Virus record (IMG/VR): IMGVR_UViG_3300002446_000376
Span: 1-54,309 of that record
Length of the DNA stretch: 54,309 nucleotides
DNA from: a virus
Lineage: Duplodnaviria; Caudoviricetes
Reading direction: 5' to 3' (one strand)
This document shows positions 17,267-26,709 of the stretch, in pieces. The notes beneath the pieces were generated by a model, which was not told the DNA's origin, ran no database searches, and was given only the letters and a program-made list of their open reading frames with translations. The first letter of the stretch is position 1; every line of letters starts with the position of its first letter. Both the position numbers and the translations under genes were made by a program.

Positions 17267-18343
17267 ATGGAAATAAAAAAAAGTGTTATAGATATTTCGC
17301 CTTCGCTTACGGATTGGCGGGTTGGTGCGGAAACAGGAATAGAGTATAAAGTAAATGTTGAAGATGGAGATTGGTCGCAATTTTTACCATCAGAAGAAAA
17401 ACAAAGAAAAAATACAGAAACATCGGCTTGTGTTTCCTTCAGTTTAATGAATAGCTTGGAAACCCAATATGAGTTTCAACGAAAAAATGGGAAAATATCT
17501 GATGAAATACACGAGTATTTAAAGAAACAGGGCTATATTGATAGCAATAATAAATTAAATATTTCAGATAGAGCTATTGCAAAAATGTCTGGCACGACCG
17601 CACAGGGAAATTCTTTGATTAAAGTTTGGGATACCGCAAACAATGAAGGATTATTACCGGAAACAGATTGGCCTTTTTTAGACACGATGTCGTTTGATGA
17701 ATATTATTCTGAAATTCCTCAAAATTTAAAAGTTAAAGCTAAAAAATTTCTTGATATATTTGATATAAATTATGAATGGGTTTATTACGGTGCGACTAAC
17801 ATTGACTTAATAAAACAACATCTAAAGCAAGCTCCTTTGCATATCGCTTCTCCTGTTTGCTCACCTTGGGGAAGAGTTGGAATAGTAACTGATTGTGGCA
17901 AAAGAGTGTGTGAACACGCAACTATGTTATTTAATTGTTCAGATTCTTATTTAGAAGATTTTGATACTTATTCTCCATTTAATAAAAAATTGGCACTTGA
18001 TTATTATGTGCCGGCTGTTATTAAAGGAGTATTAAAAGTTAAAAACAATCCACAATTTACATTTGAAAAAAAATATTATAGATTTGATAAAGATTTGCAA
18101 TATGGAAATAGAAATGACGATGTAATAAAATTACAAGATGTTTTAAAATTAGATGGTTGTTTTTCAAAAAATGTATTATCTACTGGTTATTTTGGAAATA
18201 TAACGAGAGAGGCAGTTAAAAAATTTCAAAAAAAATATAATGTTTGTTCGTATTGGGAATTACTAATGGCAAATGGTCGGGTTGGTTCTAAAACAAGAGC
18301 CAAATTGAATGAATTGTTTGGGAAAACAGAAATCAATGCTTGA
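17267..18343 (+). CDS. putative endolysin: papain-like cysteine peptidase plus peptidoglycan-binding domain
   Basis: Q..ACVSFS..EHA; C-terminal VIKLQDVL..TGYFGNITREAVKKFQ..GRVGSKTRAKLN. Confidence 0.75.
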   Translation: MEIKKSVIDISPSLTDWRVGAETGIEYKVNVEDGDWSQFLPSEEKQRKNTETSACVSFSLMNSLETQYEFQRKNGKISDEIHEYLKKQGYIDSNNKLNISDRAIAKMSGTTAQGNSLIKVWDTANNEGLLPETDWPFLDTMSFDEYYSEIPQNLKVKAKKFLDIFDINYEWVYYGATNIDLIKQHLKQAPLHIASPVCSPWGRVGIVTDCGKRVCEHATMLFNCSDSYLEDFDTYSPFNKKLALDYYVPAVIKGVLKVKNNPQFTFEKKYYRFDKDLQYGNRNDDVIKLQDVLKLDGCFSKNVLSTGYFGNITREAVKKFQKKYNVCSYWELLMANGRVGSKTRAKLNELFGKTEINA

Positions 18344-18803
18344 TAATTATTTTGAATATATTGTAAATATTTTTGTTTCGTTTAAAAATTGTTTTGATAT
18401 TAAAATAGTATTTTCTTATTTGATGGTTGTTGGTAGTTTTTTGTTTAATGTTGATAGATTGGAGGTATTGGAAGGATTGCTCGTGGTGATATTGTTTGAT
18501 TTTTTAACGGCTATTTGGGCAAATAAAAAATGTGGAAAAGTTATAGAAAGTAAAAAAGCAATACGAAGTGCATTTAAAGTTTTTGTTTATGCTATTCTTA
18601 TTTCCGCGGCGCATTTTGGAGACAAAGCATTAGGAATATTAGATTGGCAAATTAGTTTAGAGACTGCAATGACTGCATTTTTAGTTATTTCAGAATTTAT
18701 ATCTATAATAGAAAATGTCGGAATGATGGGATATGCAATACCAAAAAAAATGCTAAATTCTCTTAAAAAATATACAGGAAGTTGTGACTGTAAGTTAAAA
18801 TAA
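18309..18803 (+). CDS. holin (phage_holin_4 type); true start likely further downstream
   Basis: LFDFLTAI...SEFISIIENVGMMGYAIP, three TM segments. Confidence 0.85.
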   Translation: MNCLGKQKSMLDNYFEYIVNIFVSFKNCFDIKIVFSYLMVVGSFLFNVDRLEVLEGLLVVILFDFLTAIWANKKCGKVIESKKAIRSAFKVFVYAILISAAHFGDKALGILDWQISLETAMTAFLVISEFISIIENVGMMGYAIPKKMLNSLKKYTGSCDCKLK

Positions 18804-18837
18804 AAGGTCGGCTAGTAATAAAAAATTAAAAAAATAT

Positions 18838-19143
18838 ATGGATTTTACATTTTTATCGTTTTTACTGGGAGGATCCGTTTTAGCGACATTGGTAGTTGGT
18901 TCATTAAAAAATTTCTTAAAGGAAAAAATTAATGATCGATATGGGAGTTTAGCTGTTCTTGTTGTTTTGTTTTTAGTTTCTTTAGTAATAGCTGGTCTTG
19001 GCTATACTTGGGAGTTGTTGCCTGTAAATATAACTTATGCAATTGGTATAATATTTACTTCGGCAATTACAGTATTCCAAGTATTTTATAAAGCATTATA
19101 CCAAGAAGCTTTGTTGGGAAAAGTAGACAAATCTAAAAAATAA
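18838..19143 (+). CDS. three-TM membrane protein (second holin or antiholin)
   Basis: Hydrophobic helices, position in lysis module. Confidence 0.65.
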   Translation: MDFTFLSFLLGGSVLATLVVGSLKNFLKEKINDRYGSLAVLVVLFLVSLVIAGLGYTWELLPVNITYAIGIIFTSAITVFQVFYKALYQEALLGKVDKSKK

Positions 19144-19147
19144 ATAT

Positions 19148-19611
19148 ATGAGTAAATACTTAAATTTTTAGTTGGCTTTTTCATTTGTTTGGTCACGGGA
19201 AGTTTTACAGCTTCTCAAACACTTGCAAAAAGCATGTTTGATTGTTTTGAAACTAAATCTTCTATAAATTATTTAAACTTAGAAAAACAGAAAATATGTT
19301 CTATTGAAGAATATGTTCCAGAAATAAAAACACAAATATTAGCAACTATTATTGATGATACTAAAATTAAAAATAAATCTTTAATAGAATGTCTAATAAA
19401 ATATGAAAGCAACGGTAACAAATATGCGATAGGATTAGCGGGAGAAAAAGGAATTTTGCAGTTTAAACAACAAACTTATAATCATTATTGTGTAAATAAA
19501 TTTGGGTTATCTGATGATATTTTTGATGAAGTAAATCAAAAGATATGTGCAGATAAAATGATTAGTATTGGGTTGTTGTACCATTGGTCGACGAGATTTA
19601 AATGTATTTAA
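19148..19611 (+). CDS. lytic transglycosylase-like protein with frameshifted N-terminus
   Basis: LIKYESNGN..A.G..GE.GILQF..TY; ATG at 19148 is one base out of frame with the signal-peptide frame. Confidence 0.7.
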
Positions 19612-19617
19612 AAAACA

Positions 19618-19674
19618 ATGGCAAAAAAACCTGTTAAGAAAGAAGCAAAAAAGAAGAAAGTTTGTAAAAAGTAA
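19618..19674 (+). CDS. 18-aa Lys-rich peptide
   Basis: MAKKPVKKEAKKKKVCKK, between stop and terminator. Confidence 0.45.
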   Translation: MAKKPVKKEAKKKKVCKK

Positions 19675-19678
19675 TATA

Positions 19679-19707
19679 AAAAGACTGCCAGAAATGGCAG
19701 TTTTTTG
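19679..19707 (+). terminator. rho-independent terminator
   Basis: ACTGCCA GAAA TGGCAGT followed by T tract, A tract upstream. Confidence 0.85.
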
Positions 19708-19727
19708 TTAAATATATTATACAATAT

Positions 19728-19756
19728 TTTACTACCCTAGAAATAATATTTATAAT
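19728..19756 (+). promoter_or_regulatory. class A (late) promoter of portal
   Basis: TTTACTACCCTAG, 17-nt spacer, TATAAT. Confidence 0.8.
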
Positions 19757-19780
19757 GAATGATATATAATGTTTTAATAC

Positions 19781-21253
19781 ATGTCATTATTTTCATATAT
19801 TTCTGACCAATTTTCAAAAAATAAAAAGCAGGCAAGAAAAGAACCGAGGGAACGAAGCATGTCTATTTCTGATATGTTGAATGAAATAGGAGTTCGCGCA
19901 ACTACAACTATCGGAACTTATGACGAAGAAGAAAATCCTGATAAAATTTCTATAGATAGGTATATTCAAATGCAAGATACCGATGGAACGGTTCGGGCAA
20001 TTACTCGTTTGTTTGCAATGCCAATTCAATCAACTACTGTAAAAATTTTACCAGGAGAAAACGATAAAGGAGAACGAGATTTCATAGAAACTGTTTTTAC
20101 TAAACCAGAATTTGTCGGGGGTATGTCTACTCCTATTTCTTTTGTTATAGCAGATATGACAAGAGCTATTTTTGAAGGATTTAGAGTATTTGAAAAGGTT
20201 CCTCAAATTATAAAAGAAGGAAAATATAAAGGAAAGATTGGTTGGCGTAAAATAGCAACAAGAGATGCTTCCACCGTTGCTTTAAAAGTTGACGAAAATG
20301 GTGGATTTAATGGAGCGCATCAGCAAGCATATTTTGGAAGTAAAATGGTTAATGTTGATATTCCAAAAGAAAAATGTATATTATTTACTTTTCAAAAAGA
20401 ACGCCATCCTTTATATGGTGAATCAATTTTAAAAACTGCTTATTATCATTATGACAAAAAACATAAATTATATTATCTAGCACACAAGAAAGCAGAAATT
20501 GATGCTGTAGGATTAAAGATTTTAAAAATAGTTAAACCTACTAATGATTCTGATATTAGAGATGCTGAAGATGCGGTTGATAGCATTGGTGTAAATTCAA
20601 GAGTTACTTTACCTAATGGATATGAATTGGAAATTGATAGAGCACCGTCTGGCGGATATGATGTTTTGAAATTGATAGAACACCACGACCAACAAATTTG
20701 TTTGTCAACATTAACACAGGCGATGTCCTTAGGAACTAAATCTACATATGCTTATCCTTATGGTGGCGGCTATGACGCACAATCTTTATATATTGTTCAG
20801 ATGTTGCAATCAGTTTTGTCGGCAATGGAGGATGTTATAAATCAATGGGCGATTCCTCAACTTATTGATTGGAATTTTGGTTCTGGTAGTTATCCTAAAA
20901 TTAAGTTAATGCCCATCAAGGAGGAATCTAAAGACGCATTGATTAAAATATTCCAAACTATTATTTCAAAACAAGTAGAAGGACTAAATCCTGCATTTCT
21001 TAATTCATTAACTTTTGAAGTGGCTAAAACTCTTGGGTTGGATATAAAACAAACTGACGAAATGGACGCAATGAAAGCATTTGAAGCAGGTAAGAAAGAA
21101 GTGTTTGATAAAAATAAAAAACCAGCCACCGCTACTCCTGATAAAGTAAAAAAAGATGTTAAAAAGAAAGCAATAGATTTAAAAGACGACCCATTCTTTT
21201 TAGAAAAATTTAAAACTATGGGTAAAAATTTCGCTATGGAATTAATAAAATAA
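19781..21253 (+). CDS. portal protein (Mu gp29/DUF935-like)
   Basis: GFRVFEKV, PLYGESILKTAY, LIEHHDQQI, IPQLIDWNFG..YPKI; position. Confidence 0.85.
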   Translation: MSLFSYISDQFSKNKKQARKEPRERSMSISDMLNEIGVRATTTIGTYDEEENPDKISIDRYIQMQDTDGTVRAITRLFAMPIQSTTVKILPGENDKGERDFIETVFTKPEFVGGMSTPISFVIADMTRAIFEGFRVFEKVPQIIKEGKYKGKIGWRKIATRDASTVALKVDENGGFNGAHQQAYFGSKMVNVDIPKEKCILFTFQKERHPLYGESILKTAYYHYDKKHKLYYLAHKKAEIDAVGLKILKIVKPTNDSDIRDAEDAVDSIGVNSRVTLPNGYELEIDRAPSGGYDVLKLIEHHDQQICLSTLTQAMSLGTKSTYAYPYGGGYDAQSLYIVQMLQSVLSAMEDVINQWAIPQLIDWNFGSGSYPKIKLMPIKEESKDALIKIFQTIISKQVEGLNPAFLNSLTFEVAKTLGLDIKQTDEMDAMKAFEAGKKEVFDKNKKPATATPDKVKKDVKKKAIDLKDDPFFLEKFKTMGKNFAMELIK

Positions 21254-21263
21254 ATAAAAATAT

Positions 21264-21292
21264 TTTACTACCCTAGAAATAATCTTTATAAT
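21264..21292 (+). promoter_or_regulatory. class A (late) promoter of head protease
   Basis: TTTACTACCCTAG, 17-nt spacer, TATAAT. Confidence 0.8.
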
Positions 21293-21354
21293 AAAGGTAT
21301 ATAATATTTTCAATGTTTTAATATATTGAAAATAAAAAATATTATTTAAATATC

Positions 21355-23556
21355 GTGCCTATTCCAACTCCAAAAAAAGATGAAAAAGAAACTGATTATA
21401 TTTCCCGTTGTATGGGAGTAATCGGTGGAGAATACAAAGACAAAAAACAAGCAGTCGCTGTTTGTTATTCTACTTGGAAAAATAGAAATAAATCAAAAAA
21501 TAGCTTTGGTTTAGATTTTACAATTAAAGAATCTAAAACTATTTCAAGAAATAGTAAAAATGGTAAAACTGAAAAAAGAGTTATTGTTGGTTACGCCGCC
21601 ACTTATGATGTTCATAAAAACGGAAGGACTTATCAATTAACTCGGCAAGCAATTGAAAACGCAAAAGACGATTTATTGAAATATAGTACAGTTTTATTTA
21701 ATCATCAACAAGATAGACCGATTGGACACGTTTTAGAAACCGAAGCTGATGATAAAGGACTTTTAGTTAAATTTATTTTATCAAATTCAGAACAAGAAAT
21801 TTGGGATAAAGTACAAGACGGTACTATTTCTAAAATGTCTTATACTGGTGAATTTGACGATTATGAATTGATAGAAACCGATAAAGATCCTATTTGGCAA
21901 ATAAACAGTATTAAGTTTTTCGATGTTAGTTTAGTTTCTGTTCCTGGAAACGAAGAAGCCGAAACTATTACAAGTTACACTTCTAACGAAACAGATTTAT
22001 CTGACGCTAACAATGTTATTTCAAAACTAAAAGAATTAAAAGTTGAAGTAATGAACGAAGAGTTAAAAGAAAAAATAGATAGTATTTTGTTTCAAATAAC
22101 TTTATCAACTCAACTCGTATCTGAATTACAAATTTTAGCGGGCAAAATGACTGAAGAAGATAGAGTTATTTTAGACCGAGCAATAAACATTTTAAAAAAT
22201 ATGATAGAGCCAGTAGAAGAAGAAAAAGCTTGTGAATGTGAATATGATTTGGCAGACGAAACAGAAACTCGTCCAATTTTTCATATTACATCAGAAAGCG
22301 AAATTGAATTTGGAGACGAGCCGACTAAATTTAAAAAACAGATATTAAAATACGGTAAATGGTATCACTGGGGAGCAGATAATGGAATTTTAAACATTAC
22401 AGAATCAACTATTGATAACATAATTAAAAATTTTAAGAAAGGATTGATTGAACATGTCTATATTCCTTTAACGCACACAGACGACCCTTCTAAAAATACA
22501 GGGGAAGTTGTTGATTTAGTCAAAACTTCAACAGGACTTGATGCTGTTATGGAAATTAAAGACGAATCAATCGTCGAAAAAATTAAAAAAGGTCTGATTA
22601 AATGTGTTTCTGCTAGTTTAGATCCAAATTATAAAAATAAAAAAACTAATGAATTTGTCGGAACAACTTTGCGCCACGCGGCTTTGGTAACTGAACCCTA
22701 TCTTAAAGGAATGGGTAAATTTATAGCATTATCAGAGAATGGCGAGCGTCCAGTTATTGAACTTGAAGATGAAAAACCAGATATGTTTAACATCTTAAAA
22801 TCAATAAATGACAGATTATCTATTTTAGAAGAAAACATTAAAACAAATAACAAAAAAAATATGGATGAAAAAGAAAAAGAAGTCGTAGTTGAGGCTCCAA
22901 AAGTGGAAACTTCAGAAGTTAAACCTGACGAAACCCCTGAAGTAGAGGAAAAAAAGGATGAAACTAAGGAAATTTCCGTTGAGGAAGCTAAAACGACATA
23001 CAAAACTTGCGTTGCCGATGAGGTAAAAGGTGGTTCTTCAATGGAAGATGCCATTAAGAAATGCAAGATGAAGATGAAAGAGAGTTTTATTATTGATTTT
23101 TCAGAGGATTCGACTGAGGAAGCTGAAAAAGCGGAGTCAGCCGAAGAGTCTAAAGAAGAAGACGAGGATACGCAAGATTTCGACCTTGCGGATGCCGAGA
23201 AAGTTTATGAAAGTTATTTAAAAGCGGGTAAAATTGTTCCTGCTCAAAAAGATGCTTTCATAAGTATGTATAGTTCCATGAAAAAGATAGAATTGAGCGA
23301 TAAGAAGGTCGATACCGCCGAATTTATTAAAAATTTCATGGACAAACAGCCTAAAATTCTCGATTTTGATGAGAATGGAACTTCGCAACCTGCGGAACCT
23401 ACAGTAACTCCCAAAAATGAAGTAAGCGATGAAGTTAAATCCTTCTTCGGTGAAAAAATGGGGCTTTCTGAAGATGCCGTTACAAAAGCTTGTGATTTTC
23501 TAAAGAAACGCCATCAAGAGCAAGAAGAGTCTGGCAAGTCAACATTGTTCAATTAA
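21355..23556 (+). CDS. prohead protease/scaffold with two protease domains
   Basis: HK97-type VLFNHQ..PIG..DDKGL..VSLVSVPGN; Mu gpI-type PLTH..CVSASL..HAALVTEPYLKGM; acidic C-terminus. Confidence 0.8.
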   Translation: MPIPTPKKDEKETDYISRCMGVIGGEYKDKKQAVAVCYSTWKNRNKSKNSFGLDFTIKESKTISRNSKNGKTEKRVIVGYAATYDVHKNGRTYQLTRQAIENAKDDLLKYSTVLFNHQQDRPIGHVLETEADDKGLLVKFILSNSEQEIWDKVQDGTISKMSYTGEFDDYELIETDKDPIWQINSIKFFDVSLVSVPGNEEAETITSYTSNETDLSDANNVISKLKELKVEVMNEELKEKIDSILFQITLSTQLVSELQILAGKMTEEDRVILDRAINILKNMIEPVEEEKACECEYDLADETETRPIFHITSESEIEFGDEPTKFKKQILKYGKWYHWGADNGILNITESTIDNIIKNFKKGLIEHVYIPLTHTDDPSKNTGEVVDLVKTSTGLDAVMEIKDESIVEKIKKGLIKCVSASLDPNYKNKKTNEFVGTTLRHAALVTEPYLKGMGKFIALSENGERPVIELEDEKPDMFNILKSINDRLSILEENIKTNNKKNMDEKEKEVVVEAPKVETSEVKPDETPEVEEKKDETKEISVEEAKTTYKTCVADEVKGGSSMEDAIKKCKMKMKESFIIDFSEDSTEEAEKAESAEESKEEDEDTQDFDLADAEKVYESYLKAGKIVPAQKDAFISMYSSMKKIELSDKKVDTAEFIKNFMDKQPKILDFDENGTSQPAEPTVTPKNEVSDEVKSFFGEKMGLSEDAVTKACDFLKKRHQEQEESGKSTLFN

Positions 23557-23569
23557 AAAATAAAAAAAT

Positions 23570-23986
23570 ATGACAGCATTAACAGCAGCTAAAGAAGCAA
23601 AAAGACAGTCCAGCGATTTCGCTATCTATCCTGTCAAGGGCTCTACTAAAGTCTACAAAGGCGGATTGGTAGTTTCCAAGGATGATGGGTATGCTTATCC
23701 TGGTGTTGACGGTTCTGGTTATGAGTTCTTAGGAGTTGCCGCCGAAAATGGCGATAATTCTGGGAGTGCTACTGACGGAGCCGTTGAAGTGAGGCTTTAT
23801 AAGACAGGTATTTTTCAATTTACCAAAGCTTCGGCCACTCAAGGTGACGTGGGCGAACTTGCGTATATTCACGACGATCAAACAGTAGGTACTTCGGCCA
23901 CTACTAATAGTATCGCTTGTGGGTATATCACCGCTATCGTTGATTCTTCCACTGTAAAAGTGAGAATTGACGCTTCGGTAAAGTAG
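23570..23986 (+). CDS. capsid cement/decoration protein
   Basis: Between protease and capsid; YPVKGSTKVYKGGLV..FLGVAAE..DVGELAYIHDDQTV. Confidence 0.75.
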   Translation: MTALTAAKEAKRQSSDFAIYPVKGSTKVYKGGLVVSKDDGYAYPGVDGSGYEFLGVAAENGDNSGSATDGAVEVRLYKTGIFQFTKASATQGDVGELAYIHDDQTVGTSATTNSIACGYITAIVDSSTVKVRIDASVK

Positions 23987-24031
23987 TCGTTAGTAAAAGT
24001 TAGTAATACATTAAAAAGTTAATAAAATATT

Positions 24032-24970
24032 ATGCTTAATAAAAGAGATATTCCGAATCTTTTGTTAGCTGGTATGCGTACCGAATTTATGGGTGCGTAT
24101 GAAACAGCAACAAAAGACCACGAAAAATTAGCTATGGTTGTTAAGTCAACCAAAAGCGTAGAGCCTTGGTCTTGGCTCGGCTCGACCCCGAAAATGGGTG
24201 AGTGGAAAGACACTCGTATTCCTCAAGGAATGTTGGAACACAACTTTTCTATCACTAATCGAAGTTTTGAAGCTTCTATTTCGGTGGATAGGGATGCGAT
24301 AGAAGACGATCAATATGGGCAGATAGTATTGCGTGTTAAGGAATTGGCGACCGAAGCTGTTCGTTATCGTGATGAATTGGCGTTTAGCTTGATTAGTCAA
24401 GGTAATGCAACCACTGGTACTTCCGGTGATTATACTGGTAAAACGATTTCCTGTTATGATGGTAAAGCAAATTTTGCTTCCAACCATAGCGAAGGAGATT
24501 CTGGTACCCAGTCTAATCTCGGTTCTACTGCGTTAGGTGTGACCTCTGTTCAGGCGGCTATTACTGCTATGTCGAAGTTTAAAAACGACAAAGGCAAACC
24601 CGCAGGGACTCGTCCTAACTTGTTAGTTGTTCCGCCCGATCTGGAATGGAAGGCCACTGAGCTTTTCACTTCTGATTATTTTCCAGAAGAAGGCACTACG
24701 ACTGCCAAATTAGCGAAAAACACTTTGAAGGGTAAGTTGAATACTTTAGTCACCCCTTATCTTACTGATCCCGATAACTGGTATTTGTTCGATACGACTG
24801 GCGTGATTAAACCTCTTATCTTGCAAGTGAGGCGCGAACCCGAATTTACTTCGCTTATTGATAATACTGAAGCGGCCTTTATGAGAAAGGAACTTTATTA
24901 TGGAATTGATTGGCGTGGGGAGATTGCGTGGAGCGATTGGAGAAAATCGTACGGTGCATTTTGTGATTAG
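24032..24970 (+). CDS. major capsid protein (Mu gpT-like)
   Basis: WLGSTPKMGEW, FEASISVDRDAIEDDQYG, LLVVPPDLE, WYLFDT..IKPLILQ. Confidence 0.92.
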   Translation: MLNKRDIPNLLLAGMRTEFMGAYETATKDHEKLAMVVKSTKSVEPWSWLGSTPKMGEWKDTRIPQGMLEHNFSITNRSFEASISVDRDAIEDDQYGQIVLRVKELATEAVRYRDELAFSLISQGNATTGTSGDYTGKTISCYDGKANFASNHSEGDSGTQSNLGSTALGVTSVQAAITAMSKFKNDKGKPAGTRPNLLVVPPDLEWKATELFTSDYFPEEGTTTAKLAKNTLKGKLNTLVTPYLTDPDNWYLFDTTGVIKPLILQVRREPEFTSLIDNTEAAFMRKELYYGIDWRGEIAWSDWRKSYGAFCD

Positions 24971-25049
24971 TATAATAATCTCGTCCTTTGCCTAGTAGGA
25001 CGAGAGGAGAAACTAGACCTCCTCTTGCTCTACTAGGGGACAATTTAAT

Positions 25050-25712
25050 ATGGCATTAAAAGGAACAAAGTATATACACAAAGAAGGATGTAAATGCCCT
25101 TTTTGTAAAGCTAAAAGAGGGGAAACAAAAGGAGAAAATAATTCAATGTATGGAACTAAATGGTCGCAAGAAAAAACAGAAATGATGAGAAAAAGAATGT
25201 CTGGAGAAAATGCTCCAAGTAAAAGACCAGAAGTAAGAGAAAAACTAAAAGGATATAAACAATCAAAAGAACATATTGAAAAAAGAGTAAAATCTTATAT
25301 AGAAACATGTAAAAAGCCTGAAGTATTTGAAAATTTCAGTAAAATAGCGAAAGATAAATGGCAAAACGAAGAATATGCTAGAAAAGTTTTAAAACACAAA
25401 CCAAAAAGCGAATTAGAAAAGAAATTAGAAAATATAATAAATGAGATATTGCCTAATGAATATAAATATGTTGGTTCAGGAGAAGATATAGTCGTCATTA
25501 ATGGAAAAATACCAGATTTTATAAATATAAATGGAAAAAATAAAGTAATAGAATTATTTGGTGGATATTGGAGGACAAAAAAAGAAATTGAACAAAAAAG
25601 AATTAATCATTTTGAAAAAGAAGGTTATTCTGCATTAATAATTCAAGGAAAAGAATTAAAAAACGAAATTACGTTAGTAAAAAAAGTTATAGAATTTACA
25701 AATAATAAATAA
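25050..25712 (+). CDS. free-standing homing endonuclease (NUMOD3 repeats plus Vsr/DUF559-like nuclease)
   Basis: GENNSMYG, SKEHIEKR, SELEKKL..IPDF..VIELFGGYW. Confidence 0.75.
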   Translation: MALKGTKYIHKEGCKCPFCKAKRGETKGENNSMYGTKWSQEKTEMMRKRMSGENAPSKRPEVREKLKGYKQSKEHIEKRVKSYIETCKKPEVFENFSKIAKDKWQNEEYARKVLKHKPKSELEKKLENIINEILPNEYKYVGSGEDIVVINGKIPDFININGKNKVIELFGGYWRTKKEIEQKRINHFEKEGYSALIIQGKELKNEITLVKKVIEFTNNK

Positions 25713-25787
25713 TCCTTCAAGTCTTGTTCGAGCATTAAACTTTCCCAAAATGCTTGAGCAAGTGGAAAGTCTTGAAGTTTTTCAAAA

Positions 25788-26432
25788 ATGAATAATATTT
25801 TAATATCAATTCCTACGATGGGGCAAAATGATTTTAGATTTACTCTATCGTTGGCTTCTTTAATAATACCAGAAAATTCTTCAGTAATGGCAATTCCGAG
25901 AGTAATGATTGATACTGCAAGAAATATGTTTTGCCAAAAATTTCTTGAAAATAAAGAAAAAACACATCTTTTTTTCTTGGATGATGATATGACATTTGAT
26001 TCTGATATATTGATGAGATTATTAGAACACGATGTTGATATTATTGGTGCTCTCGCTTTCAAACGTGTAGCAGATTATCAACCTTGTGTATATCAGAAAA
26101 ATCCAGAAGATAATAATTATTATCCTATAATACCGAAGGAAATGCAAGAAGTGGATGTTATAGGGACGGCGGGATTTTTAATAAAAAGGAATGTTATCGA
26201 ATCAATGAAAAATCCGTGGTTTGAGACTCCTTATACTGAGGACGGAAAACACTTCAGTGTTGATTTCAATTTTTGTATGAAGGCGAAGGAAGCAGGATTT
26301 AAGATATGGTGCGACCCTACTATAGAAATGAAACATATTGGGGAAGCTCCTCTTATTGGAAAACAAGAATTTCTACAACACGTTTCTAAAAACTTTATAA
26401 ATAAACAAAAAAATGACAGTTTACATAAGTAG
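25788..26432 (+). CDS. GT-A fold glycosyltransferase
   Basis: ARN..LFFLDDDM..GTAGFLIKR..DFNFC..AGFKIWCD. Confidence 0.85.
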   Translation: MNNILISIPTMGQNDFRFTLSLASLIIPENSSVMAIPRVMIDTARNMFCQKFLENKEKTHLFFLDDDMTFDSDILMRLLEHDVDIIGALAFKRVADYQPCVYQKNPEDNNYYPIIPKEMQEVDVIGTAGFLIKRNVIESMKNPWFETPYTEDGKHFSVDFNFCMKAKEAGFKIWCDPTIEMKHIGEAPLIGKQEFLQHVSKNFINKQKNDSLHK

Positions 26433-26676
26433 CACAACTGAGCGAGTAGTTACTGGTAGAGTAATAGTTGGTTCTATTGTTTTAGTAGGTGGTTCGGCTA
26501 ATTCTTCAATGATTTTAGACAATAGTGTTGATGGAACTGGCGACGCTTTCGTAGAGTTAAAAGCATTAGCTAATGATTCTAAAGTATTTACTCCACTAAA
26601 ACCAATAGAATTTACTGACGGAATATATAATACTTTATCAGGTTCAGGAGCAAAGGTTTATATTCAAGTATTGTAG
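26413..26676 (+). CDS. small beta-rich protein, likely virion-associated
   Basis: PIEFTDGIYNTLSGSGAKVYI. Confidence 0.6.
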   Translation: MTVYISSTTERVVTGRVIVGSIVLVGGSANSSMILDNSVDGTGDAFVELKALANDSKVFTPLKPIEFTDGIYNTLSGSGAKVYIQVL

Positions 26677-26709
26677 TTTTTAAAATAATGCCCTTAGAGG
26701 CAGGCGAAA

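Noticed and set aside
24971-25787. Group I intron around the endonuclease
   Set aside because: The capsid gene ends normally, flanks total only about 155 nt, and no P7 core is recognisable.
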